Source: Pholidichthys leucotaenia (lineage: Eukaryota). From it: a stretch of DNA of 64,000 nt. Where the stretch lies: positions 202,587,081-202,651,080 of the forward strand of contig CM035846.1 in NCBI GenBank assembly GCA_020510985.1, written 5' to 3'. A program made the position numbers and the translations under genes. Under the pieces are notes generated by a model. That model saw nothing but the letters and a program-made list of their open reading frames with translations. It was not told the origin of the DNA and did no database searches. Shown here in pieces: positions 34,401-45,711 of this stretch. Within the stretch, counting starts at the first letter, position 1; every line of letters starts with the position of its first letter.

Positions 34401-36208
34401 GGGTCCACATGTATTTCGATGGGTGGCCCTTCCATGCACGGCAACGCTTGATGAGGGCATGTATTGAATGTAGACGAAGCATATCTTTTGAGCAACCATT
34501 CTTTCATCCGACCATTATTCTCTGGGGTGCAGGGGAACGGTAGCTCTGTAGGGCGTGGTGGGGGTACCGTACGCTGGGGACACGAACACTGAGCACTCTG
34601 AGAACTAGCCGGACCCATACAGCCACTGATCGTGGACCGTGTGGCATTAGAGGACGAGGGCTGGTCACACGTGCTAGGGTTGTCAGAACTCCGTGTACCG
34701 TCGTGTTTCACCCCACGGCTACCTAACGGGAAGTCCAAAGGCAAGAGGCCAAGGTTGAGTAATGACTCATGGGAGAGGTACATGTCTTGGACAGAGCTAC
34801 TCACATATATCATGGAGCGGCAGGACGATCCCACACCACAGCTGGGGGCTGTTGAGAGCCTTGCAAAAAATGCCCCTTCAATGGCGATAGGGGACCGGTT
34901 GGCAGCAGACAGGCTAAGATTGACAGGGTGCAAGACATTGCGTGGGAATCCACAAGCCAGGAACTCCTGCAGGGACCAGAGGTCGGACTGCGCGCCAGTG
35001 TCCGCGATGGCAGATATCCTTGCCTCGTTAACTAAATCACGGGTGCTGGTGCCGCTGCCCTGTCCATCCGGCTCATCAACAGCGACAATGATCGACACAC
35101 GGGGGTGGTCTCTCAGCCTGGCACGCCACCACTCACCCCTCGAAAAAATGTGGTGCCTGAGTTTAACGGGTGAGGGTTCGGGGACACTGACATGGGTCTT
35201 CGGGATAGGGCGTCGGCCGGTACGGGCCCCAGCATGAACCGAAGAAATCTGGGAGATTGGCTCACACTCGACGGCAGCGTGCTGACTGTCTATAGCAGGT
35301 GTGTTACGATTCCTACGCCGGCGGGCCTTGTAGCAGTCAATACAAACTCGGTAGGGCTTAGTGTTCCATCCGCGGGATCCCTCAGTAAAGGCCTTGAAGG
35401 AGCATATGCAGTCCAGGCACACGGCTTGTCTGGCCTTGTCAACTGGGGATGGGGCGGCACCCAATGGTGGACTTTTCCTCAGGCGCTGGAATGAAGACAC
35501 AGCTGATAGGGTAGGTGATGGAAGAGCGTTGCGGGCCATTTCCTTGTTTTTGACAAGCGCAATCACATCATTAACTGGCTTGCACAGTACGTCTGGTGTC
35601 CCCAGTGTCTCGCGGCGTATGTCCGAGTCATATATACCATTAACCAAAACATCGCGGATGACGTGGTCGGTGTAGTTCACATTTTTGCCACACTCACATA
35701 CCGCGTTGTAGGCGCACGTCTCCGCCTTGCCCCGCACCCTGGCAGAGAACGCGCGAAACGCTTCATAATGTTCCTGGTGTAACTGAAGCAGCTCAGTGCG
35801 TAGGACAGAGGTGGCTACTGGAATGACAGCCAGGGAGCGCATGGCGGCGAAAAGATCTGGCAGGGGTCCGGAAGCTGCGATGGGATTGGCTTTCAACAGG
35901 TTGTCCCCAAGCTCTGGACCGGCGCACTGGAACAGCTGGAAAGGAGCTTGTGCATCCTCTATGCTCGAACCGGTGCGGAAAACATCCCAACGACGAGTGA
36001 ATATATTCCATTCCTCTGCCGATATGCCCACGTCAACTCTAGGGCGATCTAACTTCGGACCATGAAAAGATGGGGGTTGGACGGGCGCCTGGATAGAAGG
36101 GCTCTGATGATTAAATCCATGATTTGTCAGCAAAGCAATGGCGAGGGCTTCAGACACGTCGCCCGTCTTGAAATCACAACCAGGGACAGTGCATTCAACG
36201 ACGACCAT
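31460..36208 (-). CDS. gag-pol polyprotein (~1582 aa): N-terminal Cys/His motifs, aspartic protease (ADTGAQ), RT (CVDD variant), RNase H, integrase (HHCC plus DDE)
   Basis: One open frame. The likely start is MVVVECTVPGCDF… at 36208, 10 nt inside the internal region. No stops or frameshifts. Confidence 0.85.
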   Translation of the reverse strand: MVVVECTVPGCDFKTGDVSEALAIALLTNHGFNHQSPSIQAPVQPPSFHGPKLDRPRVDVGISAEEWNIFTRRWDVFRTGSSIEDAQAPFQLFQCAGPELGDNLLKANPIAASGPLPDLFAAMRSLAVIPVATSVLRTELLQLHQEHYEAFRAFSARVRGKAETCAYNAVCECGKNVNYTDHVIRDVLVNGIYDSDIRRETLGTPDVLCKPVNDVIALVKNKEMARNALPSPTLSAVSSFQRLRKSPPLGAAPSPVDKARQAVCLDCICSFKAFTEGSRGWNTKPYRVCIDCYKARRRRNRNTPAIDSQHAAVECEPISQISSVHAGARTGRRPIPKTHVSVPEPSPVKLRHHIFSRGEWWRARLRDHPRVSIIVAVDEPDGQGSGTSTRDLVNEARISAIADTGAQSDLWSLQEFLACGFPRNVLHPVNLSLSAANRSPIAIEGAFFARLSTAPSCGVGSSCRSMIYVSSSVQDMYLSHESLLNLGLLPLDFPLGSRGVKHDGTRSSDNPSTCDQPSSSNATRSTISGCMGPASSQSAQCSCPQRTVPPPRPTELPFPCTPENNGRMKEWLLKRYASSTFNTCPHQALPCMEGPPIEIHVDPAATPRACHTAAVVPIHWQQRVYDDLLRDEALGVIEHVPYGEPVTWCHRMVVTRKHDGSPQRTVDLSPLNKFCQRETFATESPFHLARRIPKNTWKTVTDAWNGYHSVPLRESDCHLTTFITPFGRWRYTRAPQGFLSSGDGYNRRFDAVLSDFERKECCVDDTVHYDTDLAQHWWRTIDFLTRVGRSGIILNADKFQFAERAVDFAGFRVSDTTIEPLPKYLDAIRDFPTPESTTDIRSWFGLVNQVTNYAQLRDTMAPFKPFLSPRCKFSWSSELEEAFQKSKEAIVGAICKGVEIYDMEKRTCLRPDWSRRGIGYFLLQQHCNCTSGAPDCCLGGWRITLAGSQFLSSAEQRYAAIEGEALAVAWGLEQTRYFTQGCDNLVVVTDHKPLVKIFGDRTLDEITNSRLFRLKQRTLPWRFDIVHLPGKSNHAADATSRHPSPSGSADVLSLGSWSVPDAVESALMASIRDDAQELGAISWHLLAQETAADTCFVQLLHLIEHDGVVDANDPALADLSPVCEAIYAQDGVLLYRDRVVVPSSLRDRILWHLHAAHQGVSAMENRARAIVYWPGMSKDIQATRYGCADCNRNAPSQAATPPLPSPPPSTPFEAVFADFFDYGGCHYLVVGDRLSGWVEDLSSSAGTDLGGSAGLVRHLCSFFATFGVPEELSSDGGPEFMAGHTENFLRLWHVRHRVSSVGFPQSNGRAEVAVKTAKRLLMSNTGPAGSLDHDRFLRAILQLRNTPDPDCHLSPAQIIFGRPLRDSFPFVNRLEKFSNPYVRPLWRQAWMAKEGALRTRLSRTTESLRTHSRPLRPLALGKSVFLQNQLGPSPNKWDRSGVVVESLGHDQYRVKVDGLGRLTLRNRRFLRAFTPATPHSHVQPAAPLPTPYALAGEYPHIRPGSQLSADEHPNSARDTSVPEPCDEAAPATDTQVAPAPTVSTPTVPSPASRPPSASPRPRQLCRPRRPPKCYEPETGHWV

Positions 36209-36218
36209 GGCTCCTTCA

Positions 36219-36556
36219 TGAAGAAATACACTCCTCGATGTCGATTTATGTTTTAATGACAAAGATGAAGGAGCCCTGCAGGGATACAAATATACAAATA
36301 TAAAATGACCGCGGCAACTAAATGTGGAGATATGTAATAAAGAAACCAACATAACTGAATATAACTAACAGAATAAGTAATGAAGCAGAGAAACTTACAG
36401 TAACAAAGTCGGTAACTTGATGCAGAGGTTGTGTCATGAACAATGGGGAAGCATGAGACAGAACAACAAACAAAATGGATGACTATCCCCTGTCGTTCCA
36501 TAATATATTCCTTTGTGGCCCCTAGTGGCCGGAGGTAAACTCTACAGGCAGGGCCC
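36219..36556 (-). repeat. 5' LTR
   Basis: Direct repeat of 31076-31403. The computed ORF's upstream Met at 36352 lies inside this LTR, and I reject it as the start. Confidence 0.85.
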
Positions 36557-38859
36557 GGCAGCGTGCCTGTGTTTGCGCTACGCTGCAAAAGCTGAGATGG
36601 GCAGCTGTGCAGCGCCGGATTATTTGGCAGAAATTCCCCGGGCAGCCATAGTGGCTGCACAAAAACAAGCTCTCTGCCGGGGAAGCTTCCAAATCCTCTT
36701 TTGCCGCGGAGCGCAACCCCAATATAAAACCCACGGCAACCTGTCTACCCAATTTGCATCCGTCAGTGAAGCCCTGAGTGCTGCTTTCAGTGGAGGAGAT
36801 GGACACAACACCAACACTTCAGTTTATTACCTCCGCCAAGGAAGTAATGCTTTTACTACTGAACCACTAATCCTATCATTGTGAATCCAATTGCTAGTCA
36901 TATGTTTTCATGGTCAAGGAATCTGAAAACGTACACACAAACACTGTATGGGGAGGAACTGTGGCGCTTGGAGGAGGTCTGTGCTCTCCGAGTGCTTTTC
37001 TAGTTACTTATTAACTCATGGTCTATCAAATCTGTTTCGCAATTGGGTCCTTTTCCTCGCCCTTGAGGGGCAATTCTGATAGGACGCCACCATCCCAGGA
37101 CCCAGCAGGCGGAAAAAGAGGAGGAAAGGCAAGAGGAGGTGGAGAACGGAGCAGCTTCGAGTTGTTATCGAGGTACTCGACTGTGCTGCCACTGTATGAA
37201 GCTGCTCCAAATCAAAGAACACTGTGAAGCATTGGGAGGCTGCCGCAGCGTTGCTGGAGACAAATCCGGACATCCATTCCCATCCTTGGGTGCCAGAACT
37301 TCCTCCGTTTCCACCGTTTTCCACCGCCTCCTCCTCGCCGGAGTCAGCTGACCCATTGCCAACGTTATCTCCTGCAGAGCCCACTGCACCACGGGTCCAT
37401 TGGGAATGATCCATTTCTGAGAGAGAAGAATCACAAGAATCCCAGTTGGTGTTAGGCAGGTCGAAGTGGAAGAAAGGCGCTGGTGACGCCACTCCTCTCA
37501 GCGCTGCAGATTACCACTGTCTCTGGCTCATCTTCAGACAGCCCCTGCTTTCTCCATGACGCACACACCAGGTCCCAACCAGACAATCTCTGGAGCCACC
37601 CAGAGGGAGATGTCTGGACATTTAACGGCAGCAGAGGAGGAACTCAGGCAGGTACCTGTTCATTTTGTGACATCAATAAATGATAGGTCTTGCTGGGTTT
37701 CTCGGTGGGAGGGGCTGGCTGCGGCCATTTGCCGCTGCTGAGCTCTCACCCTCCACCTCTGCCATTCACTCTACTGCCTGCTCCATCCCTTCATCCTCAC
37801 CTGCATCTCTTGTATCTGTTTCTGTTTTTTCTGAGTGTTTGCCAGTACTGGGTGGAAATCATATTGTCTGGGAGGATTGTGCTGCTTCAAAGGGCCCTCA
37901 AGCAGCAGCTGCCTCTACTCTGACACCACTGGACACCAAGTTTTGCCAAATTGGGACTACTGCTTTGGAACCCCTGCGTGAAGGTGACAAGGAGGAACAG
38001 GAGCGTAGGCAGGCTGCGCTAGCTCAGGAAGAGCTAATGCTGGACTACAAGCCGTGGCTCCTTCCAAAGCATGTGTCCCAGCTGGGGCATCAGTGCTCAG
38101 TTCCTGCACTTGTTCCACATCGTTCCCCAGTTCCAGTTTCTGCTCCACGTCCACCACCAACTCCTGTTCCTGCTCTGCCTGTCAGTGTTTCTGTTTTTGA
38201 CTTTGAGGTGGTCACCCCGGTGACAGGAGACCAGGAGTTAAGGCAAGTACCTTTTCAATTATATTCAAACACCAGTTTTAAAGAGTCTTGCCTCGCACCT
38301 GGTGGGGGGACCCAAACGCACGTTCCACCAGCTGTTGAGTCCACCCCAGCAGTCTCTGCTGTTAATGACTGTGGTCACCTCACTGACCTCCTGTTTCCCT
38401 CCATCGTCCAAAGTGGGTGTGTTGAGGATGGGATTGCAGGAGGACCATGTTTCAGCCATCGTTCCCGAGGCCAGGAGACCTTCAGCCATCGTTCCCGAGG
38501 TCAGGAGACCTCTTGCTGCTGCTCCCTTACCCTCACCTTCACGTGCCGTTCCTCTCGTGTCCTCCCCGAGCTTCATGCCTGAAGATGTTGCTCGCCGCCT
38601 GGAGCTGTGGGACCTCATCAGGGATGAGGGAGAGTGCTACATCTTCTGCCAGCAGATGGATGGTTGGCACGATGCTGTGTGGAGGGAAACGGCATGGAGA
38701 CGCACTCATCAGATCATCAGAGTGAAGCCTCATCTGAGGGAGGACATTCCTTCTTTCTGCAACAACTTCCTCGACAACGAGTTCACTTTCATGCTAGAGG
38801 AGGAGTCGTTGCCTGTTCCTGAGTCCGGCGCGCACCTGTCGGCTGTTCTTGCAGACTGT

Positions 38860-39418
38860 GCTTCTCAGCCATCTGTTATAGACCTGGTGACTCTCCTTCC
38901 ATCTGGTTGTGAATTACAGACCCCTGTATATGCATCCCCTGAGCCAGAAATTTCCACTGTTGTGTGTCCTACACCGGAAATTTTGATAGAAATGTGTCCT
39001 GAATTTGAAATCTCTACACTGATGTGTCCTGAACCAGAATTTTTTGCAGTGGTGTGTGTTGAACCAGAAATTTCTGCATTGATGTGTTCCAAATCAGAGA
39101 ATTCTGTATTAGTGTGTCTGGAATCAGAAATTTCTGTGTGTCCTGAGCCAGAAATTTCTTCAGCAATGAATCTTGAGCCAGAAATTGCTGCAGCAATGTA
39201 TCCTGAACCAAAGATTTCTGCGGTAATGTGCCCTGCACAAGAAATTTCTACCGTTAAGTGTCTTGAACCAGAAAATTCTGAAATTTCTGCTCTTGTGCCC
39301 CCCATGCTGGAGATTTCTGCATTTATGTCACATAAATCAGAAATCTCTGCATTAGTGTGTCCTGAACCAGAAGATTTTGTATTGAGGCATCTGGAATCAG
39401 AAGCTTCTGCATTAATGT
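38860..39418. repeat. 39-42-bp minisatellite array, left part (translates as a CPEPEISA… repeat)
   Basis: About 13 tandem units resembling 'tgtgtcctgaaccagaaatttctgcattaatg'. Resumes at 41748. It makes up the N-terminal 'protein' part of ORF 38302..40263. Confidence 0.7.
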
Positions 39419-41747
39419 TCTCAGGAGCTTCAGCACTTAAGTGGTTTGAATCCTACCTTTCTAATAGAACTTTTTCTGTAATGATTGGTGACATGTCCTC
39501 TTCTAGTGCCTCTCTCTCCTGTGGGGTCCCACAGGGCTCTATTCTTGGCCCTATTCTGTTTTCATTATATATGCTGCCACTCGGGTCAATAATAGCCAGG
39601 CATAACATGTCTTTCCACTGTTATGCAGACGATTTGCAGCTTTATTTACCTTTGAACCCAGAACAAACTAACTCACAAAGTGTTCTATTGGACTGCATCA
39701 TTGATATTAAGTTGTGGTTAAGCCAAAATTTTCTCCACTTAAATGAAGAAAAAACAGAATGTATTGTGTTTGGGGATACTGTAACGGCTGGCTTTGGTAC
39801 CCTCTCTTTAAGGCTCAGTTCAGCTGTCAGAAATTTGGGGGTGATTTTTGACAGCCATTTAAAATTTGATAAACAGATTGACAATGTAGTCAAGATGAGC
39901 TTTTATCAATTACGTTTGTTATCCAAAGCCAAACCTTTCCTGAGCCGTCATGATGTTGAGATAGCCATCCATGCTTTAGTCACGTCTCGACTTGATTACT
40001 GCAATGCACTTTATGTTGGCATCTCTCAGTCTTCTCTCGGCCGCCTTCAACTTGTACAAAATGCAGCGGCCCGTCTTTTGACCAACACACCTAGGCGAGA
40101 GCATATTACTCCGATCCTTTATTCACTTCATTGGCTTCCAGTCCATTTTAGAACTAGAAAAGCACTCGGAGAGCGCAGACCTCCGCCACGCGCCACAGTT
40201 CCCCCCCATACAGTGTTTGTGTGTACGTTTTCAGATTCCTTGACCATGAAAATATATGACTAGCAATTGGATTGACAATGATAGGATTAGTGGTTCAGTA
40301 GTAAAAGCATTACCTCCTTGGCGGAGGTAATAAACTGAAGTGTTGGTGTTGTGTCCATCTGTGAAAATAATAAGCCAAGTAGCACAAAAAAATTGAGTGC
40401 TCTTGCTGTCAGGAAACAATGTTGGCACCAAATCACTGAAGTGATCTGCCACCAATGGGGGTAGATTGTGCTCGGCCACAAAATGACAAAACATCACTTC
40501 TGCTTGTGATGCATTGAATTTGGAAGGCACCGGTTCTGTCACTGGCTGAAAATGTTCATCCATCGATCGAATTTGGCTACACAGTTTTTGTGGCCCTGTG
40601 TAGCAAAGTGCGACTTCAGGTCGAAAATCCCTGATGCAGTCACTTTTAGCATTAGAGTCACACATATCAGGTGCAGCATTACTGGCGCCGGGATTCCTCT
40701 CTGTTCCGGAGCCGCAGGACAAAAGAAGGTGCGATAATGGTTGCCGTGGGTTTTATTGGGTTTGTGCTTCGAGGAAAAAAGAGGATTTGGAAACTTCCCC
40801 GGCAGAGAGCTGGTTTTTGCACAGCCCCTATGGCTGGCCAGGGAATTTCTGCCAAATGGACAGCTTTTGCAGCGTAGAGCAAACACAGGCACTCTGGCGG
40901 GCCCTGCCCACCACTGTTTTCCGCGTGCTTTTGTGCCTAAAACTTTGAAGAAGGCAGAGTTTGTGTTCATCAGACACGACGACCAGCGCCCTCTATTGCC
41001 CCTGCACACATGTTGAAAATGGCCGTATCTCACAATGTTAAAGAATTATTTAAAAAATTCCTGTATCCAGACGGTGATCCGGATCATCCCCAAAATTTAA
41101 TCAGTTCTTCCTTGTACCATTTCCAACAAGGCCTGAAAGTTTCATCAAAATCCGTCCAAAACTTTTTGAGTTATCTTGCTAACCAACAGACAAACAGACA
41201 AACAGACAAACAAACAGACAGACAAACGCTGGCAAAAACATAACCTCCTCCTGGCCTTCGGCCTGGCGGAGGTAATTAATTTTAAACTTTTGCTTTTTGT
41301 TTTTAAAGCTCTTAATGGCCTTGCTCCGGTTTATATGTCTGAGACTTTGACTGTCCGTGACCAAGGCAGGGCTTTGAGGTCATCCAATCAGCTTTTGCTG
41401 GATGTGCCTAGGTCAAGGTATAAACACTGGGGTGACCGAGCCTTTTCTGTTGCCGCCCCCAGGCTCTGGAATAATCTCCCCCCTGACCTACGTGCTATCT
41501 CTGACCTGGCCCTTTTTAAATCAGAACTTAAGACATATTTGTTTAGGATGGCTTTTAATACCCAGTAGTGGTGATATTTGTCTTGGCATTTGTTTTTAGT
41601 TTATTTTTAGGTTGTTTTTGTTTATGTTATTTGTTTTTAATGCTCTGTGTGTTTTTAATGCTGTTTATTTTCTGTAAAGCACTTTGGTCACCTAAGGGTT
41701 GTTTTAAAGGGCTATATAAATAAAGTACATTACATTACATTACATTA
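39419..41747 (+). mobile_element. L2-clade LINE, 5'-truncated, inserted into the minisatellite, with module E nested at 40154-41275
   Basis: RT C-terminal half ([25 protein letters not shown], …[12 protein letters not shown]) is interrupted, then resumes INFKLLLFVFKALNGLAPVYM…GDRAFSVAAPRLWNNLP…, a canonical L2 tail. Ends in (ACATT)n at 41720-41747. Flanking 'attaatgt' is duplicated. Confidence 0.75.
40154..41275 (-). mobile_element. Module E, copy 3 (inverted orientation), inserted inside the L2 ORF2 C-terminus
   Basis: 1122 bp, colinear and >90% similar to 29623-30749 in reverse complement. Same termini (…CTAG and CCTCCGCC…). Confidence 0.55.
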
Positions 41748-42070
41748 ATGTGTCCTGATCCTGAAAATTCTGTATTTGTGAGTTTTGAACCACAAAATTC
41801 TATATATATGTCTTGTGAATCAGAAACTTCTGCACCTATATCTCATGTGCCAGAAATGTCTGCACCTGTGTCCCCTGAGCCAGATATCTCTGCATCTGAG
41901 GCCCTTGAGTTTGAAACACCCCTGTTATCTATGCCAAAATTAAGGTTTCCTGTGTTAGCCCCTGAACATAGAGTTTCCGTACTATTTCCTGTACATGGGG
42001 TTTCTATGTTTCTGCCTGAGTCGGAAGCTCGTATGCAGTTGAAAGTTCCTATGTGGTTGTCCCCGGGGCA
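41748..42070. repeat. Same minisatellite, right part (continues degenerate to ~43160)
   Basis: Units resemble 'atgtgtcctgatcctgaaaattctg…'. Downstream 42700-43160 shows a degenerate ~45-48-bp periodicity. Confidence 0.6.
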
Positions 42071-43424
42071 AAGGGCTCCTTTGTGGTCTCTTAAGCAGAG
42101 GGCCCCAAGTGACATAATTCTCGACCCAGGAAACACGCATGCAGGCTCAGGTAGATTTGATAGCTTTATTCAACCAGAAAGGTGTGTTTGGATGCGTGTA
42201 TGTGATATGATAGTGGATTGTGGGTGGATGATGAGAACAGGAACAGAGCAGCACGCTGTGCGGCCAGGCAACCCTATGGGAGAAACACAGACAGGGAGTG
42301 AGCTGGGAAAAACCACACGGGAAAGTGATGCAGAGTTATGCTTACTTGCAGAGGGAATGGTGGCTGGCGTTGGCGAGGATTTCAGGCCTGGGAGACAGCG
42401 CCCTGCTGCGCACACGATGAAGCGTGGAGATGCGGAAGGAGAAGATGGCGAAGGTGAGGGTATCCGCCGCCAGGGAATCCACCTGTGCACAGGGGAAGGC
42501 TGAGAAAACAGCTTACGTGAAGCAGCGATGAGTGGCAGGACTAGAGAGATGATCCTGCTGAGGGTTTGAGCGCGTTGTAGAACAGACGGCTCCAGACTGA
42601 TGCTCAGGGCGAGGTGGAGTAAATAGCCGCTCACTAACGAGGCACAGGTGTGCGCACAGCTGAGGTGGATACCTGAGAGCGGCGAGTTGTGACACCAAGG
42701 TCACCTTCCGAGTTTGGGACCCCATGTCTTCTGTTGAGCAAAGGGCTCTAGTGTCATCCCCTGAGTTTAAGAGTGGTATACTGTCACTTTCTGAGACTAC
42801 AGACCTTTTGTTGTCACCCTCTATGGTGGTAGTTTTTGAAAGTGGAGTTTTCATATCACCTTTCCCTGAGTATTGGGTTTCAGCATTTATTTTTGAGCTG
42901 GAAGCTCCTGTGTTTTTTTCTAAGCCTAAAGTGTTTGTGTCACCTTCCGAGACTGATGTGCCTATGTTACTATTTAAAGGATCTCTGCTATCACCGTCTG
43001 AGTTTGAAAACTTTTTGTTACCTGCTCTAGGGCAAGAAGCTCCTATGTCCTTTTCTTTTGGACAAAGAGTTTTGGTGGTGGTATCTGAGCAAAAGGCTCG
43101 TGTGTTTTCTCCCACCTGTTTGCCCATGGACCATGGTAGGCTCCCTGACCCACCAGGTTCCCTGGTCTGGTGGCTCTTGAACAGTGGGAGACCACCCATC
43201 CGCCTTGTTTTTTGGTTCGGTGGCCCTGGGACTTGGGCAGGCCACCCGACCAATTTTTTGTTTGGGACTTTGGTTATGTCCCACAATCTGTGTTTTGTGT
43301 TTTGGCTCGGGGGGGGGGGGGTGTTTTGGCCCACTTGGCCTGTGCCCCCATCACCCTCCCTGGGACTGTGGGTTTTTTTTTTTTTTTGTAGTATCTAGGG
43401 GTGTCTGGAAGCCACCCCTTGGGG

Positions 43425-44040
43425 AGGGAGGGGCTTTTGTCAGGATTTGAGCATGGGTTGGGGACCATGATCCCTCTTTAAGTTTGTTTTTTCCATTCTG
43501 TGTTCCCCCTGTCTCAGTTCATTTGTCTTTTTTTTAAAATTTTCTGTATTTTTATTCATTATCAGTCATGTTATGTTCTTTATTCTGGTCTGGGGTTTGA
43601 GTTTAATGTTTTTGATTCTGTTTATTTTCATTTGTCATGGTTGTGTATTCCCTGGTCCTGTGTTCATGTTTTGGTTTGCCTTTTGCCTCTGCCCTCATGT
43701 TCCCGTGTCTGTAGCCTCTCCCTGCTGTCTCTGATTCCCTTGATTGCTCCCATCTGTCTCATGTTGTTTTGATTGCTTCCCTGTCCCTATATATACCAGT
43801 GTTCAGTCCATGTCAGTTGTGGTGTCCTTGTTTGCTGTTTGCTGTTGGCGTGTTCCCCACGCTTCTGTCCAGTCTGTTTCTGTCGTGTGTACATTATCCT
43901 GCCAGTCAGTAGTTTGCCTTTGTTAAGCCCACGTGCTGCTTTACTTTCTGTTTTGTTACTTATTAAATCGTGGTCTATCAAATTTATCTCGCATTTGGGT
44001 CCTCTTCCTCGCCCCTGAGGGGCAATTCTGACACTATATG
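43425..44040 (+). repeat. Repeat Z-W, uninterrupted copy (the empty site relative to 29100-29622 plus 37004-37100)
   Basis: Z plus W are contiguous here. W matches 37004-37100. Confidence 0.6.
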
Positions 44041-44738
44041 GTAATATTACTCTAATTGCATAAACTTTAGTCATATTATCTCCATCTGGCATTAATTAGG
44101 CAACTTTTTCAAGACTAGTCAGATGAGGAATAATCTCCACAATTTTCAGAAAAACAGGCAAAATTTTTTATGCAGAAACATTTTTACTCTTATCCACTTG
44201 TGACTCTTCTCGTAATTTTGTTTCTTTTTCTCATAATTTAAAAAAAAACTTTTTTCATAAATGTACCAATTACCTCTGCCATGGGAGGATGGAGCTAATG
44301 TTTTTAGTGGTGTTGGCTGGTTTGTCTGCTAGCGACATAACTCAAAAACTTATGAATGGATTTTGATGACCTTTTCAAGAAAGATGTGTAATGGCACGGG
44401 GAACAAATGATTAGATTTTGGTGGTGATTTGGATCATGATGAGGATGCAGGAATTTTTTTAATATTATTTTATATATTAATCCGCTGCTTTTCATGTACT
44501 GCCACTTTAAGACATGTCCACTCAGTTATGTGCGTGGTCACACCAGAGGGCCACGTGCCTCGGCAACCCGGAAGGCAAACACTACAGAAAAAGAACTGAA
44601 AAAAGTTCAACTTGTCGAGGATGGCAAGATGGCGGCCTGAGCAGTTGCACTTACCCAGAGCACTGTGGGACGTTTCTCAATTTGATAATTTTTTAGACAA
44701 TTTCCCCCACAATAATATGTAAAACTGGACAGCTGAAC

Positions 44739-45446
44739 ATGTCAATAGATCAAGGAAAAAGTACAAAAGTCAAAACACAGATGGAAGACACAAAAAGCAA
44801 AAAACCTACTTCAGCCTTGGCAGACCACGACTACTGTGAGTTAAACATGGAAACGGAGAATGGCGGAGGAGGTAAACAAAACTTGGATGACGTAAGTGAG
44901 TCTTCTTCTTTAACTCCTTCTAAAGGGGCACAAGCGCGAAAAATATCCAAACCTAGCCCAACTGCAGATGATATTATGGCAGTCATTCAAGCTGTTCATT
45001 CCAGATTTAATGTTCAAGACGAAAAGATGGTGGACCTGAATACGACGTTAATTCAGAACACCGCCATGATTGCAAACCTTGCTAAATCTATTGAGTTCAA
45101 TGCTGCAGAGGTTAAATAATGTAAAGAGAAGGTTTCTGTATGAAAAAAGGTTAATGACCTAAAAGAAAGATCAAGAGAACCTGACCGCTACAGACGTAGG
45201 TGGAACCTGTGGCTCAGAGGAATGAGAGAGAAAATGGGTGAAGAAATTTGCCAGGATGTGATTCAGTTACTCAAAAAAAACACTTCAGAATGGTCTGAAA
45301 AGATGGAAGGGTATGTCGACGCCATGCACCGACTGGGGAGGAAGGAGAATAATAGAACACGCCAGGTAATTATACAGTTCACCAAACGTCAACATCGAGA
45401 TGGCATCTGGAAGAAGACCAAAGGCATTGGAGGTCTGTGTGGATGA
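44739..45446 (+). CDS. LINE ORF1-like protein (two ORF pieces, frameshifted)
   Basis: ORFs 44739..45119 and 45222..45446. Charged, coiled-coil-like N-terminus, then an RRWNLWLRGM…-type segment. Confidence 0.45.
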
Positions 45447-45711
45447 AGGAATTCATTTTCACTGAGGACCTAACCAGTGAGGACTGGCTGGAGAGGGAGA
45501 AGCTGTGGCCAAAGATTCTGCAGGCCCAGAAAACGGGTGTGAAGGCCTGCTACCATGGGCCATTCGGCTACATTAATGGTCACCGCATTTTTGTAGACAA
45601 CTGAGAGTTTTGAAACTATAGACATGGACAAAACTTTATGAACATTGTTTTCATAGGGGGAAACACATGCTTCTGTTTTAGGAACTAAGAGGAACTAACA
45701 CAGTTCATTTT

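Larger units (their letters stand above)
31076..36556 (-). mobile_element. Intact LTR retrotransposon (Ty3/Gypsy- or BEL/Pao-like) with a single uninterrupted gag-pol ORF
   Basis: LTRs at 31076-31403 and 36219-36556 (TGAAGAAA…CTCTACA, so TG..CA on the element strand), near-identical. TSD is GGCAG (31071-31075 and 36557-36561). Element-strand poly-G PPT at 31404-31416. ORF runs to 31460. Confidence 0.9.
30750..37003 (+). mobile_element. Module E, copy 2 (tandem, 5'-truncated by ~27 bp, lacks the hAT fragment), split by the LTR retrotransposon at 31076-36556
   Basis: 30750-31075 matches X and 36562-37003 matches Y'. The sequence around the insertion point is continuous in copy 1 (…gtggtgggcagggcccgcc…). 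Confidence 0.5.

Noticed and set aside
36209..36352. Upstream Met start (MLVSLLHISTF…) of the 1630-aa ORF
   Set aside because: These 48 codons lie inside the 5' LTR. The first Met in the internal region (MVVVECTVPGCDF, 36208) is the plausible start.
38860..39418. Regular ~40-bp repeats that look superficially like a CRISPR array
   Set aside because: The units are contiguous tandem copies with no unique spacers. The sequence context is eukaryotic. The array continues on the other side of an inserted LINE, which is typical minisatellite behaviour.
38302..40263. 653-aa ORF that could be read as a single large protein
   Set aside because: It is chimeric. The N-terminal two thirds is in-frame translation of the minisatellite (CPEPEISA repeats), fused by chance to a 5'-truncated L2 reverse transcriptase. 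The C-terminal tail after …HWLPVHFR is read-through into the inserted E module.
40150..40330. Initial reading of this segment as the LINE 3' UTR or tail
   Set aside because: The genuine L2 C-terminus and (ACATT)n tail resume at 41276-41747. The segment at 40154 onward is the terminus of the inserted E module.
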